A DNA stretch of 61,674 nucleotides, counting the filler, from Rhabdomonas costata (taxonomy: Eukaryota): assembly GCA_019059605.1 (NCBI GenBank). It is 22 parts of 22 records of this genome, joined end to end, with 100 filler letters (N's around TTAATTAATTAA, not from the genome) between each part and the next. Parts side by side here need not be neighbours in the genome. Positions count along the whole stretch, not along the records: positions 11,245 to 13,956 come from JAHMHO010002283.1; positions 14,057 to 16,766 come from JAHMHO010002284.1; positions 16,867 to 19,576 come from JAHMHO010002285.1; positions 19,677 to 22,384 come from JAHMHO010002286.1; positions 22,485 to 25,184 come from JAHMHO010002287.1; positions 25,285 to 27,993 come from JAHMHO010002288.1; 16 more parts are not named here. One strand, written 5' to 3'. Both the position numbers and the translations under genes were made by a program. Below the pieces are notes generated by a model, which made no database searches, had not been told where the DNA came from, and saw nothing but the letters and a program-made list of their open reading frames with translations. Below, one piece after another: positions 13,951-25,535 of this stretch; position 1 is the stretch's first letter; the number at the start of each line of letters is the position of its first letter.

Positions 13951-14479
13951 AAACCCNNNNNNNNNNNNNNNNNNNNNNNNNNNNNNNNNNNNNNNNNNNN
14001 TTAATTAATTAANNNNNNNNNNNNNNNNNNNNNNNNNNNNNNNNNNNNNNNNNNNNTGGGGTGGGGCATAAAAGGAAAAAAAAACCAGCAAACGAACCTT
14101 AACTCCAGCCCACTGTAAGCCCTGCCGCGTTATGGTCATTCCTTGGTGGTAGAGTTATTCTTTTTCAACTAGAACAGCCGAAATGCAGTCTGTCATAAAT
14201 TGGAGTGGCATAGAATAGAGAGCCCGGCTGCCCTCTCTTCTGCCTCTCTCTAACCTCCGCGATTCTCCCTTTATGACTTTTGATTTGTGTCAGTTTGTCA
14301 CTAGATTTTCTTGATACCTAGTCAACTCCGTGGATCTTCCCCACGCCTCATTGATTGAATTGCTCACGGAAAGATCTTGTACTTGTTCCTGCTTTTTTTT
14401 TCCTTTTATGCCCTACCCAGATTTTCATCCTTAACAGACATAACAGGGTACAGCGTGGAGCACACCATCGCTCAGACAC

Positions 14480-16532
14480 GGGAAATGTATAGAACTCAGC
14501 GTATTCCCCGCGATCGCGCTCCCAGTTGAGCTGATCGTGCCCTACTGTTGTCTGCAAGAAAAGTACAGGCACACCCCCAAAAAACATCTCAGCATCGGCA
14601 GCCAGCAACCATTTCCAATGCACATGCACAGGTGGAAGTAGAGACGGAAGATCGCAGGGAAGCGCATAATCCCATAGTCCATAATCCGAGTGACGCAAGC
14701 CGTCCATGTTCATTAGAGATGAAGCAGTTCGGGAAATGGATACGCGGAATACGCACGGGGGGAAGGGGGGGCAGGTGCTGTGGCAGCGCACCATATGTCG
14801 GCGTACGTCGGCCACACTCTGAAAGTTCCGGGCGAAAGGTCCACAGTGCAGGCAGATGCCAGCGGCAATCTTGCGCTGCAAAGCCCATGGCCCACTCCAA
14901 AACCATGCCTCACCACCCATACAAATCCCCTTGTTTTCTTCGATAAAGCACATTCATGCGTATTGGTGATTTCACAGCCGTGGTGGCAATGGAGAGACTA
15001 AAAGCAGAAGAAAATAGAGACAAGTGGATAATATCGCTGAAAAAGACAGGCCAAGCCTTTTGCGATCTTACAAGGAGGGGAGAGCGGGGGTGACGGGTGA
15101 GCAGTGCATCGTCAAAAAGGAAAACGAAATGAAATGCCAAATTCAAGCTCTAGAAGTGCATACGTGCAAGTAGCCCAGAAGTCCAACTTCATCAGTAACG
15201 TACTCCCACAGCGGTAGCTGAACAAAGCCAAGAAAGACCATGCTCATTCACATCCAAACAGATCAACTGAGAGCTTGCAATTGAATGGGGGGGGTAAAAG
15301 TCAAAAATGCATGAAGCACAAGAGAAGAGGCCGCAGAAGGCATACCCGGAACCAGTGGGCCTGGAACATGTGCCGAAGGCACCTAAGAGAAGCAGAGAAA
15401 GAAGCGAAACGGTTAGCGTTCCAAACACAGGGAGCGCGTACATCTAAAACGCTGTGTAATGCTTTTGGACATAGGGTGTTAAATTCGGTGATGAACACAT
15501 GCAGCAAAGCACGGCAGCGTGCGTTACCGCAATCACTGACACACACAGTGCCAGCCCAGGGCACACCCGGCCGCGTTCTCCAGGCGGTGGGGGCAGAACA
15601 GGCAGCTCCGCGCCTGCTCCTCCACCTCCGTGGCCGCACTGCTCTGCGGGGCACCCTCCACAGGCACAGTCCCAGCCGCTACAAATCGACCAAGAAAAAA
15701 GAACAAGAACACAGCTACCACAAGCTACAGAGGCAACCGTCTCGATACTTTTGTGCAACCGATCAGATATATTGCCCGTGCCACCTTAAAAGTGAGAGTT
15801 TTTGAAAGGAGGATGTGCTCCAAAAAAGCGATATTTCCAAGAAAAAAAACTGCTATAGAAATTAATAGTAACAGTAGTAGTTAAAAGACTGCTACTGGAA
15901 TTTCTGTTGAAAGGTAGCATTTGAACAGAATAGATGTTGGGAACACGTTTCTGGGGTGTTTCAGGATTTTTTCATCCTGTTTGAACATCAAAGCAACAAT
16001 AACAGCAATGAGTTACAATACCACTCCCCTTTGAGGTTCCGTGGCCCGTCTTTGCAACATTATCCTTTCCGCAGTAACTCTCGGTTCTCAGGTGCAGGTA
16101 GTGAGGCATGAGTGAGAAAAGGCAATGCCTGCTTCTGAGGGAGTGCCTGGACACTCGGCGGCTGCGTGGCCTTGCTGGCCGCAGTTCTTGCATCGTCGCA
16201 GAGGGCACGCCTTGCTGAAGTGGCCGGCAGCCCCACACCGCATGCAAGTCTTCTTCTCTACGCGAGCGTAATTGCCAGGAAAGGGGTCACTAGTAAGAGC
16301 TCCAAATCATCCCCAAATCAGCCCCAAAGCACGGCAGGTGTGCAAGTCAGTATTTCAGAATCTTTCTGGATGGAGGTGCCAGATGGCGGAATTTAACCGG
16401 AGACGCAATAACAAGCGGTGGGGGGAATGAGGCGGACTTGTTGCTGGAACTGGCTCCCCACTCCTCTTGGCCTCCAGGTGCTTCACACTTCGTAGGTGCG
16501 CGCTGAGGGTCTGGGCGGAGGCGTACGTCTTC
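14480..16532 (-). CDS. ZNF622: Rei1/Reh1/ZNF622-family pre-60S maturation zinc-finger protein (partial) with an extra tandem CCHC zinc-knuckle exon
   Basis: Seven exons in frame: KTYASAQTLSAHLRSVKH (16532-16438); knuckles (16257-16129); RSCLFC (15678-15567); CLRHMFQAHWFR; LPLWEYVTDEVGLLGYLH (15217-15164); RKIAAGICLHC..FQSVADVRRHM; TTVGH..EYAEFYTF (14551-14480). Confidence 0.9.
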
Positions 16533-16929
16533 CTGCGCAATGCAGTTGCACCCCAAAATGTGAGACCGTCAGAAACCAAAAAGCGCACCAACCAAAATCC
16601 GGGAAACGGGGGAGACCACACAGCCCATACACTTAGGCCGATGCGACTCCGCACCCACAACCCATACCCGTCGAAACCACTAAGCATCACAACAAAATTC
16701 ATCTCTCTCCCACCAGCATCTGTTCTTTTTGTTGACACGTGTCACTGCCCTCCAGCCCGCCCAACCNNNNNNNNNNNNNNNNNNNNNNNNNNNNNNNNNN
16801 NNNNNNNNNNTTAATTAATTAANNNNNNNNNNNNNNNNNNNNNNNNNNNNNNNNNNNNNNNNNNNNGTGTCGAGATTCCGCCTCGCACCGCCATCCCATG
16901 ACGGACTGTCCAGGTGTTTTTCGTCTGTT

Positions 16930-17003
16930 TTTTGCTGGTTTTTGGTGGTTTGTGCTGGTTTCCGGTGGTTTCCAACTGGTTTCCAGTGGTTTCTAGCTGG
17001 TTT
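16930..17003. repeat. Tandem 10-11 nt repeats with core (C/G)TGGTTT, about 7 copies
   Basis: gctggttttt ggtggtttgt gctggtttcc ggtggtttcc aactggtttcc agtggtttct agctggttt. Confidence 0.7.
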
Positions 17004-18855
17004 GCGGGGGATTTAAGCTTTAGTTCTTAAAAGTTTGGCCTTTTCAAGATTTAAGGTTCAAGATTTTAGGTTTTCCCGGGGGGGGGGCGTCTTTTCAGTG
17101 AGGGCAGAGGCTGCCGGGGCTGGGACTGCGAGCTGCTCCTGTGGACTTCGTGCTGCCGGAGAGCCTGGCCGTGGCCCGGAGAATCGCGACACAGGAGACA
17201 TCAGGCAAGACGGCGACGGGGGGAGGGCGCTGTGACAGCAGGGAAGAATAGAAAAAACGACGAGAAAACAGCAGAGAGAGGCACGACCTCTCGAAACAGC
17301 GGTGCCTCGAGGCCCACGTCCTTCGCGCGGAGGGTGAGGATGGTCTGCCGCACCGTCACGGGACACCTTGACTCGAAGAAAACACGGCGGTTCACGGGCA
17401 AACTTCAGGACGCCCGTATTGCATAATGAAAGGCGGATGCAATGCGTGCAGGGATGAGGCCCCCCTGCAATTGGTGAGGGTACGGAGGCCATTAATCGTC
17501 TAATTGGGAAGAGGTGCAGACTTTCGGCTTCTGGATCTTCCTCGTTTTGGTTACGCACGTAAGCAATGGGGTTCACAGGCGGATGCCCAGACCCACTGTA
17601 ACAGTCGCGACCAGTCAGGGCGGGCCTGGACGCTCTGGCAGAAGCTTTCCCCAAGTTCTGAACGCAGAGCAACCCTGCTGTCCTCCTGTCGTGCACCTGT
17701 ACTCGCTTGTTATCTCTGGGTATATCGTTCCGGAGGCAGACTGGTCACCGTATGTTCTGGTGATGAGACCTGTCTGCTGTGGTGCTCGCTGCTCAACCAG
17801 GCAGGGCAGACATTGTCCACTTTGCTTTAGAAAATTGTGAATATTGTAATTTTTAAGGAGCAGGTGCTACGTTTATGCTTTCAAGTGTTTGCGGTGTTGC
17901 GGGAGCCTGGCGAAGGGAGTTGTGTGATGTGACGATGCCGCGGTGGTGGGCGAAAAAGATCCCCGCCATCGGCCCGCAAACGTTATAACGGTTCCACTTC
18001 CACCAGAACCATTTTCCTGCGCTCGCTGTTACTGCCACCGCTGTGATGTTGCGGATGCTGTGGAGGTCTCATTATTCGGACCGAACGGACTGACCAGCTG
18101 GTGGGAGAGTAACCTGCCACAAACTGCATCCCCATTCCTGAAGGTTGAAGCGGCCTGATGGTGTGGTATTAGTATTTTGTTCTTGCTCGCACCGGGCATC
18201 AGAGAGACACTCGGGACGTCGTAGATAAGAACAACAATCCAACAATTCCAACAATCACTGCAGGAAGCAATTCGAAAGCCTGGGTCCCGCTTGCATAAAA
18301 CAAGGCTTAGCAGAGGTGAATCTAACTTTGATGTCAGCCACCGCAGTGATTTCCAGAGCTTCAGAGCGCAAAACTGGTTGAAAGCGCACGGATGGGCACA
18401 ATTCCGCGAACCGCCAAAATTCTCACAAAAAACGTCGGCACAGAGAAGGTCAGAACAACCAAGGGAAAAAGTAGATGAAGAGGTTTGCAGCCCAAACAAC
18501 ACTCACATAGCAGACACCAGGTGATGTCCCTCCCCGCAACACACGCATAAAAACACTAAAAACACTGTTTGGGCGACACCGTCACACCGCCCAAGCATGC
18601 CGGTGCGTGAGCGGAGACATTGGGCCGGAAATCCCTCGCTCGCTCTGCAGCATCGCCCTCATTTTCCAAGAGTGCGACACGTGGTGGCTAGTGCATGTGT
18701 AGGAAATTGAATCCGGCCGCTCGTACACTTCACGACGCCTTAACCTCCGATCTACGATCTACGTGTGAAAAGTTTCGAGGAACATGAAATGAAAACCCCA
18801 ACAAAGCAGCATGCCTTCGCCCTGCTGAAGGCTCCCTCTCCATTCCGACTCCCCG

Positions 18856-19362
18856 TTACCAGTTGATTTCGGGCAAAGCAACGGCCCTGGATCGGCCGTT
18901 GGGCTGGTATTCAAGGCATCGCTGAAGAAAGTGCGCACATCCGGGTGATAGATTTGGGGGAAACAGGGAAGTGGGGTCGCGCCAGAAGCGGTGCAGCTCC
19001 CTGCGGCGACGCTGCCTTGGGTCAGCACCGCCGCCGTTATCATCAAGGCCGGCTGCCAAATCTCCAGGTAATTCCTCCTCTTCCGCATCCACCCTTGCAT
19101 AGGGAACCTCCATGGTAAAGTCCACGCAATCCTCAGGAGAGCCAAGGTCGCAGAGGCAACCCAAAACTACCGCGCCGATTCCCCAGACGTCCGCCTTGGA
19201 GCGGAGGCGCCTTCCGTGGAGGGCCTCGGGAGAGGCGTGGCGGTGAAGCCGGGGCAGGCGGGCGGCACCCCGCCCTCCAACGAGCTTGAGAGACCCATCG
19301 GAAACCAGCACAACATTGCACGGAGCAATCTCCCCATGAACCCACCCTGCGCCAACGCACAC
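18856..19362 (-). CDS. Protein kinase-like domain C-lobe, predicted pseudokinase
   Basis: VHGEIAPCNVVL (HRD replaced by HGE), LKLVGG (DFG lost), ASPE, KADVWGIG, FLQRCLEYQPNGR. Confidence 0.8.
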   Translation of the reverse strand: MCVGAGWVHGEIAPCNVVLVSDGSLKLVGGRGAARLPRLHRHASPEALHGRRLRSKADVWGIGAVVLGCLCDLGSPEDCVDFTMEVPYARVDAEEEELPGDLAAGLDDNGGGADPRQRRRRELHRFWRDPTSLFPPNLSPGCAHFLQRCLEYQPNGRSRAVALPEINW

Positions 19363-19482
19363 AGGAGTCTGTTACCCTACCCATAAACTGAGCACCGTTG
19401 CGGTGGTGGAGATTATCGTGGCTGCTTGGGCGGTCAACCCTGCCTGAGTCAGGAACATTCATAGTCAGTAACATTCCGGGCT

Positions 19483-19557
19483 GTGAACTCTTTTGTAGCG
19501 GCGCTATTCACACCGTGAGTAGCGTTCGCTATTCATCGCAACTTCACCACACAAAAA
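19483..19557. repeat. Small palindromic dispersed repeat, copy 1 (MITE-like)
   Basis: Core 19498-19529 matches 31261-31292 at 28/32 positions. It folds as GCGCTATTCAC-ACC-GTGAGTAGCGT. Confidence 0.65.
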
Positions 19558-19744
19558 TATTTCCTTACAACACAAANNNNNNNNNNNNNNNNNNNNNNNN
19601 NNNNNNNNNNNNNNNNNNNNTTAATTAATTAANNNNNNNNNNNNNNNNNNNNNNNNNNNNNNNNNNNNNNNNNNNNGTGGGGTGGGCGCCTGTGCTGTGA
19701 AATTGCTCCCGCAAGCTTTAATGTTTTTTGCTAATCTTTTCCAG

Positions 19745-22384
19745 GGTGGGCTCGGTGATGTGCCAGTGCGTGGCGTTGGAGGCAGGAGGCCTGTTGCGAT
19801 GGGGAATAGGAATCACTTCTCTTCTGTTTTTACCTGCGAAGATGGCAAAGACCAGTCTTGTTGAGGACTTGGTGATGCTGAACTCATTTCTACTCCGGAC
19901 GGGGTACGTCAAGGACAAAATGGTCAGCGAAGAAGCGTATGCCAGCGCTTCCATGTTTTGTTTTAGCTTCATGAGTGCTGGAACGCTGAAGCCCATGGTT
20001 GTACTCTTGCAACTGGGTGCTCGTGGTGAGTTCTCGTGTAAAAGGCACAGGTTTAGTAAATCTGTGGTTTTGTCGTGTGTTTTCATTGGAGGTGAATTGG
20101 AGTCAATGAGAATTGCGAGAGTAAAGTGACACCGATTCGCCTTTTGTGATTTCAGTTTTTTGTTTATTCGAGTAGCGTGGTTTGTTTACCGTTCAAATCA
20201 TTTCTAATTTGTTCTTTTGGGATTGTGCTCTGTTGCAGTTCTAAAGACAACTCATTCTGAAAAGAAAATCAGCTGAATTATGTAGTTTTCGGGGCGCCCA
20301 ATGGACTTGGTTGGGCTGATGGTGTCCGCCGAGAATTTATCTTAGCTGCGTTCTTCCGTTATGTTTTAGCATGACGGGTAGCCCAGGCAAGGCTCTGGAC
20401 CTTTTTCGAGACATTATTCTGTACCACCTGAACCAACCTGACCTCGCACCTTGGCTCAGGTGTATTACTGGTTGCGTGGATACGCTGTACAGTTGTTCTG
20501 TTGTCTCCACCGCTTGATTTTTTGTGACAGGTGAGGGTCGAACCTGAAAGCTTTTCAGATCAATTTTCTACGGGGTGTTTTTCCGGAACACAGAACGATG
20601 CTGAAATTGTCTGCCTTACCACTCAAAGTGCAATTATTATTGCAATTCTCGTCCGCCCTAACCCCCTCTCGTACTCCATATGCGGGGACACTGGTTTCCC
20701 GCATCATCATAACCCATGAACTCTCAGGTTTCGAGCACAGGTTGAAATTCGCTGCCTTACCAGGTATTGTATGTGTTTTGCTGTCCTGTGCTGTATAAAT
20801 GCTACAGGCTTAGTTTCAAGTGAGAACCCATTCAAATCGCAAAACGTACAACGAAGAACGGCTCTCGCTGGTTGTTGAGCAGCAGAAAAGGTGGTTTTAC
20901 CACTTTGTCTGTAATGGTCTTTCGTCTCAATCAAACATGTACGCGTTTATATCACTGTTTTTTCACTTGTAAATGCGGGGGTTAGCGCGACGCCGAAGCA
21001 GACACGTTTGCCAATTTTCACTGCATTTTTGTACAACGCAGAGCGTACACTGAGTTGAAACGTTCATTTCTTAGGTGACACAGGCTTTCTAGAGCCCCGT
21101 TTCCCACTCCGGAAAGTCTTCATGGCTTCGCCCTATAGGGTTTTATGCTCCCTTTTCTCCGTCAGTGCCACTCCAATGCTGGAGTTCTTTGAGAAGATTC
21201 ATGAAGCTGCCGTAGGCGCCTTGAAGTGCACCCCGGAGAGCCTGTTCATAACTCCGAAGAAGATGTTGGAGCCCTCTACTCCGCTAACTCACAAGATGCA
21301 TTACGTCCTTGCCGTGCTCCTGTATGTGTGCAGCCAAGTGGATATGGGCGGGACCGACATTAACTGCTAGAATAGCTTTAGCCTCCTAAGGCTTCCAGCT
21401 TTTCACCGGTTGCGATGGAAGGCAGAAGACTGACGATAGAGTATCATACAGCCCTCCTTTTTACATTGAGCACGGTACACCAATTCAGTAGAAACCTAAC
21501 AGAAGACAATTCTTAAGAGCAGCGTGAGCTGGTTAATGCTCAGATGCAATGCAAACTGCGGCTCTTTTTGTTTTCCTCTTCTTATCACATTATTACTGAG
21601 GTCTTCCTGTGCTATATCCAGCGCTTATGTAATGAGTTCAACCCTGCGAACTTGGCAAACCCAGTGAGGTCAGTTGCTGGGCCCGTCGCTGTCCGATGGG
21701 GTCGCACCGCGTGGTGAGAAAAGTTGGGCGACATCGCCGCTGATTTCACGATTTTTTATTTATCGGTATTTTGGGAACAGCTGTCGATAGGCCCCTTTTT
21801 GTTGACTGCCCGGCCATTGGTTTTCAAAACCTTTTCCCCCCAGTGCACTGGCAAAGGCCAGCGGCACATTGCAGTCTGTCCGAGCGCGTCTGTGCGAGCA
21901 AGGTTCTCCGGCTCCACCCGCACCGACAGCGCCAGCTCGAACGGTGCAGACTCCCGTGAAGGCAACACCAGGTGACCTTACCCTCTCTACACGACTATGC
22001 CTTCGTTAGTTTATCGTGGTGTGGTGGTTTTGTCCTGATTTCTGTATGCGATTGTCCCCCCAACCGTCCTTTTAGCATTATACTGGGCATTATACGCACC
22101 CTTTCCAAACAGAACCCGCTCAGCCCACATTCTGATTTTGTATGCTTTTATGAACGAAAATACGCATGTGTGCAACTCCTCTCCTGTTCCCCTTCTCCTT
22201 CTCCCTTCCCCTCCCTAACCTTGCTCCGGGCCTTGTGCCGGCTTCGTTTATGCTGTTGTTGCCCCCGGGATAATCTTTTCCCTTTTGATTGTTCGGCAGG
22301 GCCCTCAGGGCAGCCCTCGGCGCGACTCATGGACGACCCCTTTTTCGCGGGGGCGATGAGCTCCCAAGCCTCCACCACCCCACA
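19745..22384 (+). CDS. Multi-exon gene of uncertain product (weak resemblance to the CYFIP/PIR121 C-terminal region), with a Pro/Ala-rich tail
   Basis: Exons ~21075-21321 and 21399-21474 are phase-compatible (..HYVLAVL|LFSPVAMEGRR..). Further exons at ~19745-19940, 21844-21971 and from 22300. The family assignment is tentative. Confidence 0.45.
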
Positions 22385-22498
22385 NNNNNNNNNNNNNNNN
22401 NNNNNNNNNNNNNNNNNNNNNNNNNNNNTTAATTAATTAANNNNNNNNNNNNNNNNNNNNNNNNNNNNNNNNNNNNNNNNNNNNGTGGTGGGGTTTAC

Positions 22499-23546
22499 CC
22501 AGATGCCAAGAGATGGGTGCAAGCTTTGGTGACGGACGCACAGACTTGTCCGCCCGCATCGGTGATCTTCTTGGTGATGTCCGCTTTGGGCTGCGAAAGC
22601 TTTCCTAAACAAGCCACATGAAGATGCGCTTAAACCTTGCTTGTTCCCAAACTTCAGTCTGCTCAAGTCCAAGAGGTGTTTCCTTTTAAACTGACACAAT
22701 TCAATAAAGCCCTCTTGAACCCCACTGTGCACGACGGATGATTTTGCGTTTTAACGAGGTGACAGAAGCCGACTGCGCCTGACGCTCTTCACTGCTGCTG
22801 TCATACGCAGGTTTGTTTCGCGGAAGAAGTCCCCCTTTGTTTGCTTCCCGTGTGTGTGTGGAAACTCGAAAACAATCACACTCCAAAAAGAAAAACTTCC
22901 AAAACAAAAAGCAATGACACACGAAAGATAAGGTTGCGCAGCTGACACCTGAAATGCATATTGTCATCCCCTCAAGAGGGGGAGAGGTCTTCTTCTTCTT
23001 GGCAGCCGGCGCGCCGCCGTTCTGTGTCCCTGAACTGGCTGCGGCTCCAGAAGCTGGGGCTGAAAGAGCACATGCCGGAAACAGCAGGGCTGGCGAAAGT
23101 TTCAAAGTTCAAAGTGAACAGTCATATTTTGTTGTTGGGTCTTCCAAGTTTAAATTCAACGCGACCAGGTCAAAGTCAAAGGTCCAATTCAATTGCTCCC
23201 TGGAAAGAGAGAGAAGTTGTGTCTGCGAAACCTCTGAGCTCCCAAAACAAACTCCCACAGCAAAAAACCTTTCAGCACATTTCGAAAGTCATCCTCCAAA
23301 AGGATTGCGATCCCTGAGACAATGCCGAATAGGCGCAGGAAGGACGGAGACAGAGGACGCAAAAACAACAGGAAGGGAGGCAGGGATCAAACAAACCGAG
23401 TCTCTTCGCTTCAAGATGCTTTGCAGTTTTTTCCCCTCCAGTGCCACAAACAAAGTGCGTGGTCTTCGAAGTGACCCGCTGACAGACAGAAGCACCGCTT
23501 TGGGTGAGGAGTTTCTCAAAATCTTCTCTTGATACAGAGAGTGTCC
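22499..23546 (-). CDS. Tandem BRCT-domain protein (DNA ligase/RFC1/PARP-type BRCT), partial
   Basis: Exons 23546-23397, 23313-23269, 23059-22949 and 22604-22499: GTLSVSREDFEKLLTQSGASVCQRVTSKTTHFV..AKRL|GIAILLEDDF..; LEGMTICIS|GKLSQPKADITKKITDAGGQVCASVTKACTHLL. Confidence 0.88.
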
Positions 23547-23749
23547 CTGGGTGGAGGTTTGCCGGGAAAAGGAATGAACATATCAAGGAAAAAGTTAAAA
23601 GTTACCAGGTACACAAATTAAGAAAATTTTTTCATCAAACAAAGCACCCCGGCTGCGTTACACTCTATTCCCCGCACCTGCCATAATGTCAAACACCTGT
23701 GATTCTGGGGTAGGGTGGGGCGAGTTCTACAACATTATGCGTTGGGGAG

Positions 23750-24870
23750 GACGGGTAGTCTGCCGCGAGGCAAAGCAACGCCATCCCGCATCCCACGTGT
23801 AGCCGTAGCTTAAGTTATGGCTCCTCACCCACCATGGTGGCGTGTGGTCAGGTACAACCGAGGCTGTCGTGGTAGCCATGGCAACCATAGCAGTAGTGGG
23901 GTATAGCAGGGTGGTAGGACGCTGCTATACGCCGATTGGCATCACAGTAGATGTGTGTGTGTGTGTGTGGATGCCAAGGTAGGGGCATGGTTACCCTATT
24001 AGTAGCGTATACGTATACGCATGGTGCTGATATCAGGATGTTGGTATTGGCGTAGGTCGACGGAGAGAGGGTAAGGTGACACGGAACCTCTGTGTGTTCC
24101 GTACCATGCCATCAGGGTGAGGTCAACCATGGCATAGCGTCTTCCCAGTCATCGTGTTGGCAAGGGGGCGTAACAAACCCGGCAATCCAACACTATGTTT
24201 GAGGTGATGTTGTGTCCTGGCCATGGCATGGTGTCATCCTCTCTAGGGTAGTGGTATGGGCATAACCACCCTGTCAACCCACAACCCACGCACTGGAGGG
24301 ATGATGTCATGTTGTGGGTAGCCATGGCATCCTTGGCGTAGGTAGTGGTGTAGCAACCACGTCAATCCTATGCATTGGGGTGATGATGGTGTGGTGTACG
24401 GAACCTCTCGTGATGGCTTCAACAACGGTCATGGCTTCATCGTCCCAGGTACACCCAGCCTTGGATGATGTGGTTGTGACCCGATGTTGATGTTGCGCCA
24501 ACCGCTACCTGGAGATGTTGTGCAGGGCATGTCCTGTTGCATGCCTCATGGTGTGTGGTGGAGGGCATGCCATGGTTCGGTGGTAAGAGCGTAGAATACC
24601 CGCTAGTGAGGTGAGAGTGACGATTCCTACCCCAGGTGGTATTCCTACTCCACATGGGCCTGATGTCGACCCATGCCCGTACCCAGGAGAGATCAAGAAG
24701 GAAGAGAAAGAAGAGAAAATCCTTGCGTCCTCGTCGCTACGCTCCTCGTCCTACCATCCACTCCCTAGTGGTCGTGGGCCCCAAGATGTATTTGCTGGTC
24801 GGTGTCGCTGCGCTCCGTCACTGCGTAGGACGGCGTCTTCGCAGACACCATTTCTCTCTCTCTCTCTGTT
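23750..24870. repeat. CATG/TG-rich degenerate repeat or TE relic
   Basis: Many CCATGG/CATG words, no credible exon, loose word-level similarity to 13060-13950. Confidence 0.35.
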
Positions 24871-25535
24871 ATCTCAATTCAAACTCCACATCACCACACC
24901 AAAATCCCATGCCTGCAAACGCCACTGCCAAGCTACTCATTGCCCAGTAAGCTATACAAACCTACGTTAGTAGTAACGTATCGTTGATTGGGTTGCTGAG
25001 AATAATTGTATTTTAGTACTGTTTTGAAATTTGAGTTTTTTGGGTACATTTTTTGCAGCCTCCACATTTGCGCATGTCTGCGGCATTGGGTTGGTTGGAA
25101 TTGGAAAGGCTGTATGAATTCCGGAGCAACCGAAAGCCATGTGCAGCGGAATTGATCCGGCTTTCTGAAGCAAAAGAAGGCCACNNNNNNNNNNNNNNNN
25201 NNNNNNNNNNNNNNNNNNNNNNNNNNNNTTAATTAATTAANNNNNNNNNNNNNNNNNNNNNNNNNNNNNNNNNNNNNNNNNNNNGTTTGGCGAGACAAAT
25301 AATGCCCTCCACCCACCCTCGCCGTCGCCGCCGTGAGGCTGTGCAACCCCCCCAAAAAATATTGTAGTGGGGGGCTGAGACTTGGCCAAAAATAGAACCC
25401 AGGAAAGTAAAAACTGTTTTTCACGGCAGCTACAATTCAACTTTCATCGAGCCGAAAGATGGCCACAATTTCTAAAACACTCGCGGGTATAGCTGCCTCT
25501 GCCTTCCTTTTCTTCGCTCGCGCTGTTTCTCTCAG

